From: Alloascoidea hylecoeti
Lineage: Eukaryota
NCBI GenBank assembly: GCA_001600815.1
Contig: BCKZ01000028.1
Coordinates: 1 to 64,000, forward strand
Direction of reading: 5' to 3'
Length of the DNA: 64,000 nucleotides
Shown: one piece after another, positions 35,688 to 47,470 of the stretch
Position numbering within the stretch: position 1 is the first letter of the stretch
Layout: every line of letters begins with the position of its first letter
The notes under the pieces: generated by a model
Databases searched by the model: none
What the model was told of the DNA's origin: nothing
Seen by the model: the letters and a program-made list of their open reading frames with translations, nothing else
Program-made: the position numbers and the translations under genes

Positions 35688-36563
35688 TAGAACTTCATTT
35701 AATTTCAGAATGAAGCACTAATATTTGGTCACACTATACTAATCTTTGGCTGATGGTGCACTAATGTTCGGCCAGTTATATACAGGTAATATCTGAGAAA
35801 TCAAATACACAGCTGTACACGTCTTCATTCCATATGATTTATTAAAGTAATGAATCATGATATCATACTCCATGGAAAGAATTGTATGCTCAGGACATAT
35901 GTGACATGTAATGTTCTAGTCTATGCTCCTCTTCTATTCTCTTAATGTATGAACTAAATATTCAGCCACTGTATACTAATATTCAGCGACTCGATAGGTT
36001 TCCATCTTCACAATAATAATGTATGATTGAAAATCTAAATCATAAGCTAATCAATTATAATTTAGATATACAATTCTAGGAGGGTCGTGGAATATTTAGA
36101 GTTAAAACACTCCAATAGTAAAATATGTCTGTTATATTTTTTTTTCTTTTTCTCCCCTGCGGTTGTATTATAACTAGTACTTATTTTCCTTAGCTAGCAA
36201 GAAGTAGAAAATATCCTCTATATTAATTAGGAAACCCAAATATCTTTGAAACCGAAGATTCAACAACAGATCTACCTCATTTTCAGCAGAAGTAAAAGCT
36301 CAATAAAGAATAAGACGAATATTTTTTTACGGAGAAAAGAAGCTTAAGTCACTAACGTAAAAATTACACATTGGGTCATAATTCCATTCACTAAAATGTT
36401 GAATTTAACGTTGCCGAACATTAGTGCATCATGGGATCGAATATTAGGTGTACATTGTGTGTATCGGCATGGTCTAAAGTTCTAAACATATTCCACAGCG
36501 AAGCCGAATAGTCCTTCGTATGGCCTAAATTAAGTAGAATGAGTATATTGAGTAAACCTCCTA

Positions 36564-36617
36564 TTACCCGGTCAAGAACGCGTTCAAATAATATTATTAA
36601 TCTGTCGAAACGCGAAA
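36564..36617. promoter_or_regulatory. Reb1-type site plus MCB/SCB-type elements (ACGCGT 36578, ACGCGAAA 36610) upstream of the MMS22-like gene
   Basis: CGCG motifs are rare in this AT-rich DNA, and their position ~100 bp upstream of a replication-repair gene fits G1/S control. Confidence 0.6.
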
Positions 36618-36707
36618 ATTTAATACTGATATCAATCCTTCTTTTTATTAGCAGTTCATTTGTGTGATTATAGCAGGGAAGGCAAAACATCAATGCTATC
36701 TTAGAGA

Positions 36708-39700
36708 ATGATTACGCAGCAACAGATAGAGTTGTATACGGTCCCTGATTCAGAAGAAGAAGAAGAAGAAGAAGAAAAAGAAGAAAAAGAAGATCTTGAA
36801 CTTCCAATAGATATTCAGCTTCAGGATTCGGTGCCTATAATAAGTTCAAGTCAGCCTATAGTACAGAGACGAGTCGATTTCTTTAATAACGGTGGTTATT
36901 CTTCTAGTCAAAATATTAATATCTTCACCAGGAACTTTCGTACGAGGACAAAGTTACAACTCAAACCTTTTTCAATTGAAAAACACATATATAGGAAATT
37001 GAAGCGAGCAAAATTATCCACTAATAATAATGATAAAAAAGACCATGACAACGGCAATAATATCAGTAATGATGATATACAGATGAACTTTGACAGCAAT
37101 ATTGACCCTAGGCTTCTCGGACTAGTTGACGATAATATAATACACAATAACCAAGAAGATATGATACACAACAATTCACATATATCACAGAATGAACAAT
37201 CAAACATAATACACGACAATTCACTTATATCACAAGATGATCAATCAAATATGATACTTGGGAATGAACATATATCACAAGATGAGCAATCAACTATAGT
37301 ACAAGAAAGTAATGATGAACAATTAACTATAATACAAGAAAATAATGATGAGTTTATTGATGAAATCGTTTTTCCAAGTTCACAAAGCTCCATAGTATTA
37401 AATGATTTACTAGCAAGTTTGGATGAAGAAATAATACCAGCAGTGCCAATAGCGACACCGATAACGACAGTACAGAATATTGAAACCGCTGGTTCTTCCT
37501 CTTTAGTAAATCAAGAATCACCCTCGAACCAAGATGAATCTCAACATGACATTACTGCACCATTAATCTTGAGTGAAGATGAAATGGATCCCACTATACC
37601 GGGCTTAAGAAGAAGTGAACGATCAACCCGTTCAAGAACAGAACTTCAAAAACATCCATATTTACTCGATGCCCTAGCACATTTATTTCATTCGCATGGG
37701 ATTTATTTAAATCATCTGCTAATTGATGATCTAAACGAATTTCTTAGGAGTCTCATTAAATACCCAAATGTGGCATCAAAAGCGGTTCATGTTGTTCAAA
37801 CCCATGGAATAAGGATTGATGAAGATGTCTTGAAGACTCTTCAACCATTAATGAATAGAATTGAGACTAGCAGCAGCTCATATCATCATCATAATGACAA
37901 TCGAAGTGATGGTCAACAAAGTCAAGTTCAGTATTTGAGCCAGGATAAGAAAAATTCATATGATTCTGTCTATAGTACTGATTCAGAAGAAGAAGTATTC
38001 TCTCAAACTCCAAAGGGTGATGAACCTGCAGATCCGTATTTTCAATCATCTCCTTTAGAGAATGGCGGTTCTACGTTTGATGACAATCCAAAAGATATTC
38101 CTTCTTCGTTAAGTTCTTTACAGGATATTCAACAATCCAGTCCAGTGTCTAGTATGAACTATCTAAAAGATCAATCTACTGATAGATCAAGCATATCACA
38201 CAGAAAAAACAACAACTATTATAATTCAGAGGCTATCGAAGACAGGAGTGAAATAGATCATATGAATGCAGGAAGAAAATATCGATCTCGAAAATCACAT
38301 ACTCCAAAAAAGAGTTCATGGAAACAACAATATCAACCAACTAATGACACTATACCACAAAACAATACAACCCCTCACTATATTAGATCCACTCCAAAAC
38401 TTGTTAGGAAACCCCAATCACATCAAAAATACAATAAGAATAAGAATAATCAAACAACTCTTGATGGTTTAAATATAAGATCAAAGAATAATAAAAAGAC
38501 TCATAGATCTAGAACGAAAAATGGTCATAAGTCTTTAAATAATATTATTGAAAAATTAACTACAAAGTCCAGAAAACCTAGAGGTTTGATGAAGAAAAAT
38601 ATAGCTCAAAAGGATTATAGTAATATGAACCAAAAACATTTTAACAATATCAATCACAATAACAATAATAATGGCAATCATCCCAAGAATAATAATAATA
38701 AAGGCCAGACAATAATAAAACCTAAGAAAAACAATACTAATAATGCTCCAAATATTCCATCAAGGAAGTTTTTCGAGGGCACTAGAAATGCTCGTATTTA
38801 TACTACATCTTTAGAACAATTCATTGGAAACTATAATGTTATTTCTACGAAAGATAATGATTCAGAAGGTAGTACAATATTACCCACTACTGGATGTTTG
38901 TCTAAACTAAATAATGAGGAGTCGCATTTCAAATTCAATTCAAGTTTCTCATTTTCTAATAAGTATCGATTTCAAGGAGAGAGTATAGTAGGGGAAAGAA
39001 TTCTAGATTGTTTAGTCGAAGGAAATCCAATGTTATTATTAGACTCTTTTGAAAAAAATAGAAATCAAACAACTTTTTTCAGTCATGAAATGAATTTAAA
39101 ATTAATTGATTCTTCAACTTGTGAATGTTTTAATTTTTGTTTATTGAAAATTCTAACTATGATTAAAGATGATACACCAGAACTAGAATGGAGAAAAAAT
39201 AATCAAATTCTTTATAATTTTTGGAAAACTTTATTTGAAGTTATAATTAAATATGGTTCTGTTTCTCAAAAATCATATTTAAAACAGTTGGTATTACATG
39301 CTACGAATTTTAAATATTCCATATTGGAGGAATTAAAATTTTATAATATAAAGGACACTAGAAGATCTCTACTTGCTACCAATTGTCTATCATATTGTGT
39401 TTTGCTTTTATCGGCAATAAACGTAGTATTGAATGATTTGGAGTTTAGAGAAAATATTCAAAATGTTATTAATATCATGATGGAAGCGGTATTCAAATAC
39501 TTTATGTTTAATATTAATGCTATATCTCATTTCTGGACAGATGGAGATGAAGTCACGGAAGTTTATGAATCTCTTTTCATCATTCGGTGCCTCTGTGATA
39601 AAGCTACGACTGGTGGGTATTGGTCAATTGTTACAAGCTTATTATCTAAATATAGTGATATGAGTAGTGATAATAATCCTAGTCACCAGAATATTACTGA

Positions 39701-42155
39701 TTTGGATAAATATTTCAGCTGTATTTATTTATTTTCATCTGTTTATTATCCATTTAAAACATCTTCAAGCGCTATACCCTCAAATTGGATCGCTCTTTCC
39801 AATTGTATCAATAAAAGATTATCACAAACGCCATACAACCATGGTACAGAGGTTCGAAACTTTCAGAAGATTCTAAAATGTATATTCAAACTTCTGAATG
39901 ATTATGAATGGCATGTTAATGGAGAAATGTTAGTTACGATTTATAATTATTTTTCTAAGAATACAAATTTCGAGAATTTAGAAAAATCAGAAAATATTAA
40001 TGATAACGAAAATCTACGTCATGATTTAAAATTCATCGCAGGATTAGTATTAAATACATGTGGAACTCAACCACCAGATGAAAATGAAACTACTTTTAAC
40101 TCATTCTTAAGATTAGTAAGACTTGTTGAATTGGAATCTTCTGAAAAACGAGAATTAAGATTAATTGATAAACTTACACCAATTAGTTCAATTAAGAAAT
40201 ATAATGGAAATAAATTCACACATGTTTTAATTAATCGTGAAGGGTTATTACTTTCTTTATCATGTGTTTCAAGGTTTTCTTTTGAATCTTCAATTCAAAA
40301 TACGATTATGGAATCATTAGAAATGGATGATACTGTTGACATAAAATATATTAATCTTTTTACAATTCTCACATTTATTCGTTTGCAACTACAAAATCAA
40401 AAAGATATAACGGGTTCAATAGACATCAGTATCACTCTTCTTAGTAATGGTATCTCACAACTTAACAGTATTCCAAACTATGAGATATATGAAAACTTTC
40501 TTAATGACATAATAACACAATTGACAGATATATTCATTTCTAATCAATCCATTAAATCATTATATCTGGTTAATATACTTGTTAAAAGTAATGTTTTATA
40601 TGTCCAAAACAAAATCTTAGGCCGTATTTTAGGATGCTTACGTTCTTTTCTGTTTTCTTCCTTTTTACTTAAAATATATGATAGCAATGTTAAAACTGCT
40701 GCAAAGGAAACAGTACCAGATCTATATAATGCTCTCCTTTATAAATTATCATTAGGATCTCTCACTCCAGAACTACAAAGAGAAATATTTGATATTTGGT
40801 ATGAAACGGCGTCTATTCTAGTTCGTTTTAAAATAAAACTTTGGGATGAAATTTTATTCCGGGATTGGAATCAAACTGACCAAACCCATATCCAGAATCT
40901 CGAGTTAGATCTTTATACCCTCATTCTGGAAAATCATAATAGATTTTATGTGAATGAAAAGGTACAATTTCATGCATGTTTATTCAGGCATATTACAGAT
41001 TATGCAATAAATCCTGTTGTTGGATATTTAGTTTTACTAAAAAAGAAAGAGCCGGAAAATAGGTTGTTTGCCTTCAATGAGGCTATCTCTGAGAATACAT
41101 TCAAACTTCAAAGGCCGATTGTTCTTAAGAAACTTATACTGTATATTGGATATGATATATTACCTTTCAATGAAGCCACATTATATTTAAATGAACTATT
41201 GAACGGTTTAAGAATGCACTTGTTATCAGATAGCTCTGATGCTTTACTCTATGAAGAATTGGCAAAATATGTAATTTCTTTAATACAGGAATACAGTTCC
41301 TTCCTAGAACCTAAATTAACTTGTCTACCATGGTTTTTTACTCATTTAGACATACCAGCAACACAACCAGAGAAAAACCTATCTGATATTGAACAATTAA
41401 AAATTCAACTTAGGAAGCTACAGGTTAATAAAGCAGATCTTCCTAAATTGATTAAAAATCTAATAGCTTATCTAATTAAATCTATGAATGAGAATTTTGG
41501 AGAAAGTTTTATTGATGAAATGCAAACCATTGATTACTTTGCCTCCTTTGAAGTTGGTAATAACGCCCATAACTCTATAATATATGGGCCAAGCTTATTA
41601 ATTGCAATTTTATCCGGTTCAACAACTGAAAATTCTTGGATCGTTTTACCTCCTCTTTTATCAACTCTATCCAACTATTTTAATACTTGTATTAATATTC
41701 AACACGCCGATATTAGATGCTTAAATATTGTATTGAAATGCTTACATAACAAGATTGCTATAGCATTAAATGGAGGAATAGACTTGGATATAGTCAAAGT
41801 TATCGTTATATCGGGGTTATTTCAACTGGTACTTGTTGCAGAGGGATTTCTAAACTCTAAAATATTATATCATTTTGACGGAACAGCGAAGTCGATCCAT
41901 GGGCAACTACAAGATTCTGGAAATTATTCGTATATCTATCCCTTTGAACAAATCGAATTTAACCGCAGCAGAATCTGGGGTTCGGAGAATCTTTGTGATA
42001 TTGTACAGAGTTGTTTACTAACTGTTTCAACGAAGGTCCCAGATATAACACAGCGTGAGAAAATAAAAGAATTGGCAATTCGTCGCCTGAGACAATTACT
42101 TAGAATAGAAGAAGATAGTATCGCACAATATCAAGATATTCAATATATATTTTAG
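36708..42155 (+). CDS. MMS22: Mms22/Mus7-like replication-fork repair protein, 1815 aa
   Basis: Duplicated N-terminal motif R.RT.LQ..P(F/Y) (RNFRTRTKLQLKPFSIEK; RSRTELQKHPYLLD), disordered N-terminal half and helical C-terminal half, MCB promoter. Identity is inferred from recalled motifs. Confidence 0.65.
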   Translation: MITQQQIELYTVPDSEEEEEEEEKEEKEDLELPIDIQLQDSVPIISSSQPIVQRRVDFFNNGGYSSSQNINIFTRNFRTRTKLQLKPFSIEKHIYRKLKRAKLSTNNNDKKDHDNGNNISNDDIQMNFDSNIDPRLLGLVDDNIIHNNQEDMIHNNSHISQNEQSNIIHDNSLISQDDQSNMILGNEHISQDEQSTIVQESNDEQLTIIQENNDEFIDEIVFPSSQSSIVLNDLLASLDEEIIPAVPIATPITTVQNIETAGSSSLVNQESPSNQDESQHDITAPLILSEDEMDPTIPGLRRSERSTRSRTELQKHPYLLDALAHLFHSHGIYLNHLLIDDLNEFLRSLIKYPNVASKAVHVVQTHGIRIDEDVLKTLQPLMNRIETSSSSYHHHNDNRSDGQQSQVQYLSQDKKNSYDSVYSTDSEEEVFSQTPKGDEPADPYFQSSPLENGGSTFDDNPKDIPSSLSSLQDIQQSSPVSSMNYLKDQSTDRSSISHRKNNNYYNSEAIEDRSEIDHMNAGRKYRSRKSHTPKKSSWKQQYQPTNDTIPQNNTTPHYIRSTPKLVRKPQSHQKYNKNKNNQTTLDGLNIRSKNNKKTHRSRTKNGHKSLNNIIEKLTTKSRKPRGLMKKNIAQKDYSNMNQKHFNNINHNNNNNGNHPKNNNNKGQTIIKPKKNNTNNAPNIPSRKFFEGTRNARIYTTSLEQFIGNYNVISTKDNDSEGSTILPTTGCLSKLNNEESHFKFNSSFSFSNKYRFQGESIVGERILDCLVEGNPMLLLDSFEKNRNQTTFFSHEMNLKLIDSSTCECFNFCLLKILTMIKDDTPELEWRKNNQILYNFWKTLFEVIIKYGSVSQKSYLKQLVLHATNFKYSILEELKFYNIKDTRRSLLATNCLSYCVLLLSAINVVLNDLEFRENIQNVINIMMEAVFKYFMFNINAISHFWTDGDEVTEVYESLFIIRCLCDKATTGGYWSIVTSLLSKYSDMSSDNNPSHQNITDLDKYFSCIYLFSSVYYPFKTSSSAIPSNWIALSNCINKRLSQTPYNHGTEVRNFQKILKCIFKLLNDYEWHVNGEMLVTIYNYFSKNTNFENLEKSENINDNENLRHDLKFIAGLVLNTCGTQPPDENETTFNSFLRLVRLVELESSEKRELRLIDKLTPISSIKKYNGNKFTHVLINREGLLLSLSCVSRFSFESSIQNTIMESLEMDDTVDIKYINLFTILTFIRLQLQNQKDITGSIDISITLLSNGISQLNSIPNYEIYENFLNDIITQLTDIFISNQSIKSLYLVNILVKSNVLYVQNKILGRILGCLRSFLFSSFLLKIYDSNVKTAAKETVPDLYNALLYKLSLGSLTPELQREIFDIWYETASILVRFKIKLWDEILFRDWNQTDQTHIQNLELDLYTLILENHNRFYVNEKVQFHACLFRHITDYAINPVVGYLVLLKKKEPENRLFAFNEAISENTFKLQRPIVLKKLILYIGYDILPFNEATLYLNELLNGLRMHLLSDSSDALLYEELAKYVISLIQEYSSFLEPKLTCLPWFFTHLDIPATQPEKNLSDIEQLKIQLRKLQVNKADLPKLIKNLIAYLIKSMNENFGESFIDEMQTIDYFASFEVGNNAHNSIIYGPSLLIAILSGSTTENSWIVLPPLLSTLSNYFNTCINIQHADIRCLNIVLKCLHNKIAIALNGGIDLDIVKVIVISGLFQLVLVAEGFLNSKILYHFDGTAKSIHGQLQDSGNYSYIYPFEQIEFNRSRIWGSENLCDIVQSCLLTVSTKVPDITQREKIKELAIRRLRQLLRIEEDSIAQYQDIQYIF

Positions 42156-45100
42156 TACCTTAAAATGCAAATCCAAAATAATTGTAATTATATCCTTTGT
42201 CTATAAACTATTTATCAATTTACAAAATTGATATTCCATTATATTTTGAGAGAAGGAAGTTTATAATATTAATATTCTGTAAATTAAAATTAATATAACA
42301 ACAAAATCATCATGCCGGACTAAGAACAATTCGCAGATTGTCACTTTATAAATTGTTCCAGAGTCCATAGTTCGTTACTGTTAAATACTCATATTCATAG
42401 CTATACCATGTATAATTAAGCTCTGCATCATTTTTAATATGGTACAAATACTACATAATACAGACTTCTTATTCATTCTTATAACTATAGCTATGTGAGT
42501 TTGTCAGAGCCATCGATTCTCGCAATTTTTATACACTTATATTTTTGTTCCAATTGCTGAGACTGGGGCAGTGAAACACCTGTGATTTCAAAATTCTGCC
42601 TCGCGCGGCATGCAATTCGTATCGGAATATATGCGCTCGTATATTATGAAGAATTTATTATTTTAATTGTGTTTGAATTAAGTCTATTTTCCGCGCTGAA
42701 TTCCGTTATTTAATACAAGCTTAAGATTGAGAATTATATGCTATATATCTATTCCATTTGTTGTATTTTATTCATCTAAGTAAATAAAATTGAAGCCAAA
42801 TTATAAGAAATTGCAAAAAATTTAGATTATTTCGTTATTTTCGTTGTTTTCATTTTGAAACTTTATAATAATTTTACTCCTTGATCGTCACATACAGAAA
42901 CTGGAGATCACAGGTTGCAACTGCAGCTGATATTAAATTATTAAGAGATCATTTAACATATATCATAGCTTATAATTATTATATTGGTTCATAATCGTAA
43001 AAGAAGACTAAAAATAAATCATGAACTATAGATTTAGGGGCGCAAAGGTTCAAAACCTCAAGCAATATTTTCAATATTTCGGATATAATATATCACCATA
43101 TATAATTTCAGTATAATTATCAGTTACTGGTAAGGCCATACAAAAGTACGGTTTGGCATACAGTTATTGCAACGTTGGGATATAAACATAATTAAATTTT
43201 GTAATTATTTATTTAATAAAGCGAAGCAGTTAATTAATTATGTTCACTAGCTTGGATTCGAGATGCATGTTATCAAAATTTATATAAAAGAATACATCAA
43301 AATCTAATGTCTTAGACTTTACTCATGATTTATATAATATTCACATGTACTAATACCAGAGTTAGTCTTAGGCATCACTAGCAATCATCTGCTTCGCCCT
43401 TTATGTGACTAAAAAATATCAAGTTCAGCTCTATACCGAATTTAGAATAATTGGAAATGGCACAGTGTATACCGTGAGCACAGGAATAAGCTAGCTGTAA
43501 TTATATCTGACTCTGGAGTAATCGCGATCGACATATGACTAGTTTAATTATCATATCTTATTATTATAACTGATACTTCATTAATATTATTATAGATTCA
43601 ACATATATTCCAGCCGCACATAGCCTCTCTATATAGCAACTGAGAACCATGAGGTAGTGCTCGATTGAAAGAAAATAAAATTAGATATCCTACTGTTGAT
43701 ATATATTGATATTAAGCCCATAACTACGTAGTTCGTACAGATGTTGAATATGGTTATAATTAAGAATATCAAATTCATAATATAAATTTAAAACTGCCCC
43801 TAGCTGTAGCTAATACAATCGATATGGGGAAGTCTGGCCATATATACATGTAGGGCGATAAGGGGAACCATACGTTTATGCGTATAAATTTTATATATGC
43901 CTATAAGGTCCTTATATATCTAGATATGAGTTTATACGGGCTAGGCTTGGCTGGTGCAAGGGCTGTCCCTGCACTAGATATGTAAGGCTTTAGTATATTA
44001 ATTATAATTTAGTAGGAATATTTATTTAAATTTATTTATATAACAGTTTAGGCAGATTTATAATAAATTTATATATCGTATGAATACAAAATCTCAAACA
44101 AAATGTATAGATAAAAATTTTTAAAATTATATAAATAGGATACGGCATGGTATGTCATTCCGTGTCCGAATGATACAGTTGTGATGGTAATTAACTTTTA
44201 ATTAATCGACAGATAAATTACAATTGTAATCGGGAAGAAATATTCAAATTACAGCTTTTTACTTATGTTTTATCATTTTCAATGTTAATATTTAGCATAC
44301 ACTTTTTGGCCTCTATGAAATTTAACAAGTACTATTAGTATTATGTGGTTAACGACTCTTTTCCTTCTTGTCATCAATTATGATAACTTATCGTAGCTAT
44401 AAAATAATTATATATAATGAATAAAGGGTTTCAGGTTCAATTAAAATCTCTAATGTTACTCTTTGTTTTGTGATTATTAATTTATTATGACAAGTTGATC
44501 ATTCCTTCGATTTCAAAGATCTTGATCAAGTTATTTTATCTTTATCCACACACTTGTCCACATGGACATAATATGTTGATAGCATTGGTTAGTTACAAAT
44601 TACAATAATTAAATATAAATTAACCATACACCAATAATATCAACACAATAAATTGCAAATTTGCAATAAGATGTATAATCTGATTCTGCTCCTCATGATT
44701 ATCGTACAATATATTCTGCAGGGATTTGAATAAACTTTTATGTAGCTAAATATCAGTTTATACTAGGTTGTACGCATTTATTAGGATCTTTAATGATCAG
44801 TTAAATTAGCTTTTGAATAAACTATCGCGATATATTTAGCTAATTGATTATGGAGAACCTCTACCTGCAGCTGATAGTTATGATTATTATACGTTTTATT
44901 ATATTGCAATTTCAATTAACTTCCTATATTATACATCATTACAAGACTATCGAAATTAATTCCGATAAAATTTTCAATTAATAAATCAGATTCCCTGCTT
45001 ATAATCATATACATTATCTGTAAGTCTACATTGATTGGAAATTGCATCCATTTACCCCATATACACAGCGCCGAGACCTTCCACATATTCGCCAGTTTGG

Positions 45101-45782
45101 ATAACCTCCGTGAATCGAACGGTTCCAGGCCATCCTCATGTAAACGAAGTTCACGAACATAGCAGTTCCTAAGAACATCAATAGTTACACAAATAAATGT
45201 TTCTCTAAATGACATGATCATGAGTAGCTTGTAGAATCATTGAATGAGAATCTTGACCTTTTTAAGCTGCAAATGAATCTAATAGTAACAAGCTTCTAAG
45301 TATTATATTAGATGTTATACAAGGTTATGAGATAATCCTGTCTGAATTTGTCCGAATTTTTATATTTGGAGGATATTCAATTGAATAGCCGTTACACCAA
45401 TGATATACGACTTTTAGTAGTGACAGTATTCTTGAATAGTTTTATTGATTATTAGTTAACCCGATCGAAATATTGGATTGTATATACCTCATGATGATTA
45501 TATGGCGTTATTATTAAGTAAACTGAAAATACAACATAAATTACCCCTTTAGACAAATAGCGGTTCGTGCATTTTAGCAGTAAACTTAGTCGTTGCATGT
45601 CGATGTAGAAAGCATGTGTACTGTATATTAATTCGTGTATTAATACAATTTAATTCGCTAAACATTAAAATAAACATTTTCATTTTGACACAAAAGAAAA
45701 GTGTACGGATGTTATAAACTTTAAGTTGAGTCACATTGAATATTAAATCTTTGTTTTTTTTTCATATATTTTGCTAATTAAA

Positions 45783-47470
45783 ATGACGATAATTAAAGAA
45801 AAGATAAGTCAATGGCAAGAAGACAAGATAATTGGTATAATTGGTCTTGGTGATATGGGTTTGTTATATGCTAAAAGGTTTAGTCAAGCTGGTTGGAAGT
45901 ATGTTATATTTTCATTTTGAAAAATGTATTAATACTAATAAAATTCATAGAGTTTGTGGCTGTGATAGAGAAGAATTATTCGAGGAAATTTCAGAAAAAT
46001 ATAAAGGTTGGATTTGGTATTTATTTTACCTTTCTTCTTTTATGACTCGATATGCTAATAACAAAACTACTTTATAATTATTTAAGGGGAACAATTCACG
46101 ATACTTAAGAACGGACATTATGTTTCTAGGTGTAGTGATTATATCATTTATAGCGTTGAAGCTGAAAACATTGACAAGATTGTCTCAATTTATGGACCTT
46201 GTATGTATATATTCTTCAAGAAGTACTTTACATTGAATTCTAATATTATTCTTTTTAGCTACTAAGCTTGGAGCGATTGTTGGAGGTCAAACATCTTGTA
46301 AAGCACCGGAAATCAAAGCATTTGAAAAATATCTACCTCCTGATGTTGAAATAGTATCCTGTCATTCATTACATGGACCAAAAGTTGATACACTTGGCCA
46401 ACCATTAGTTATAATAAAGCATAAATCAAGTCAAGAAAGTTTAGATTTTGTTGAATCATTACTAAGTTGTTTAAATTCACAACATGTTTATTTAACCCAG
46501 AAAGAGCATGATAGAATAACTGCCGACACACAAGCAGTAACACATGCTGCCTTTTTAAGTATGGGATCAGCATGGAAAGCGAATGAACAGTTTCCTTGGA
46601 AGATACCAAAATGGCTTGGTGGTATTGAAAATGCAAAAGTTAATATATCATTAAGAATTTATTCAAATAAATGGCATGTTTATGCAGGATTAGCAATTAC
46701 AAATCCTTCAGCTCATAAACAAATTTTACAATATGCAACTTCAGTTACTGAATTATACAAATTAATGATTGAGGAAAGAAAACAAGAGCTATTAGATCGT
46801 TTAATAGCTGCTAGAGAAGCAGTTTTTGGACATCTTGATAAAAATCATCAACTTCTACTCTCTGATGATATTCTTATGAAATATTCTTTAAGTAGAGTAC
46901 CACCTGAAGGAAGAAAACCAAATTCACATCTTAGTCTATTAGCTGTTGTAGACAGTTGGTATCAACTCGGAATTGTTCCCTATGACCATATTATATGTTC
47001 TACTCCGGTATGTTATGACTATTACATCATAATAAGTTCATATCTTTTAACTGAATAGTGACCGAGATTATCTTTTTTTTTTACACTTCTGACACTAACA
47101 ATACTTAATAGTTGTTTCGTATATGGTTAGGTGTGACTGAATACTTATTTTGCACTCCGGGCCTTGTTGAAGAATCTGTTGATTTTGCTGTAACGGATAT
47201 GACATTTAGGCGAGATGACCTTGAATTTACAATCGCCGCAAGAGTAAGTTGTTAGCTTATATTAAGATACACTTAATGTTTTTTTTTAGAACTTAGAACT
47301 AATGAATAAAAATGTATTTATAGAAATGGAGTGATATTGTCTCAAATCTTGATTTTACAGCTTATGAAAGAGAATTTGTGAAGACACAAAATTACTTTTC
47401 TCCTATGTTTCCTGAGGCTACTAAAACAGGGAATGAGATGATAAAAAACATTCTTGCCCATGTAAAATGA
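45783..47470 (+). CDS. TYR1: Prephenate dehydrogenase (NADP+), 5 introns
   Basis: IGIIGLGDMGLLYA, GGQTSCKAPEI, HSLHGP, HDRITADTQAVTH, NKWHVYAGLAITNP. Introns at about 45899-45950, 46007-46086, 46201-46258, 47008-47111 and 47244-47322. Confidence 0.95.

Noticed and set aside
43030..43060. T-arm-like AGGTTCAAAACCT
   Set aside because: No D-arm/A-box or acceptor stem could be built; not a tRNA.
44916..45221. 101-aa minus-strand ORF
   Set aside because: No recognisable motifs, and composition unlike host genes.
18583..47470. ARO8 and TYR1 as a tyrosine-pathway gene cluster
   Set aside because: They are ~26 kb apart with many unrelated genes in between.
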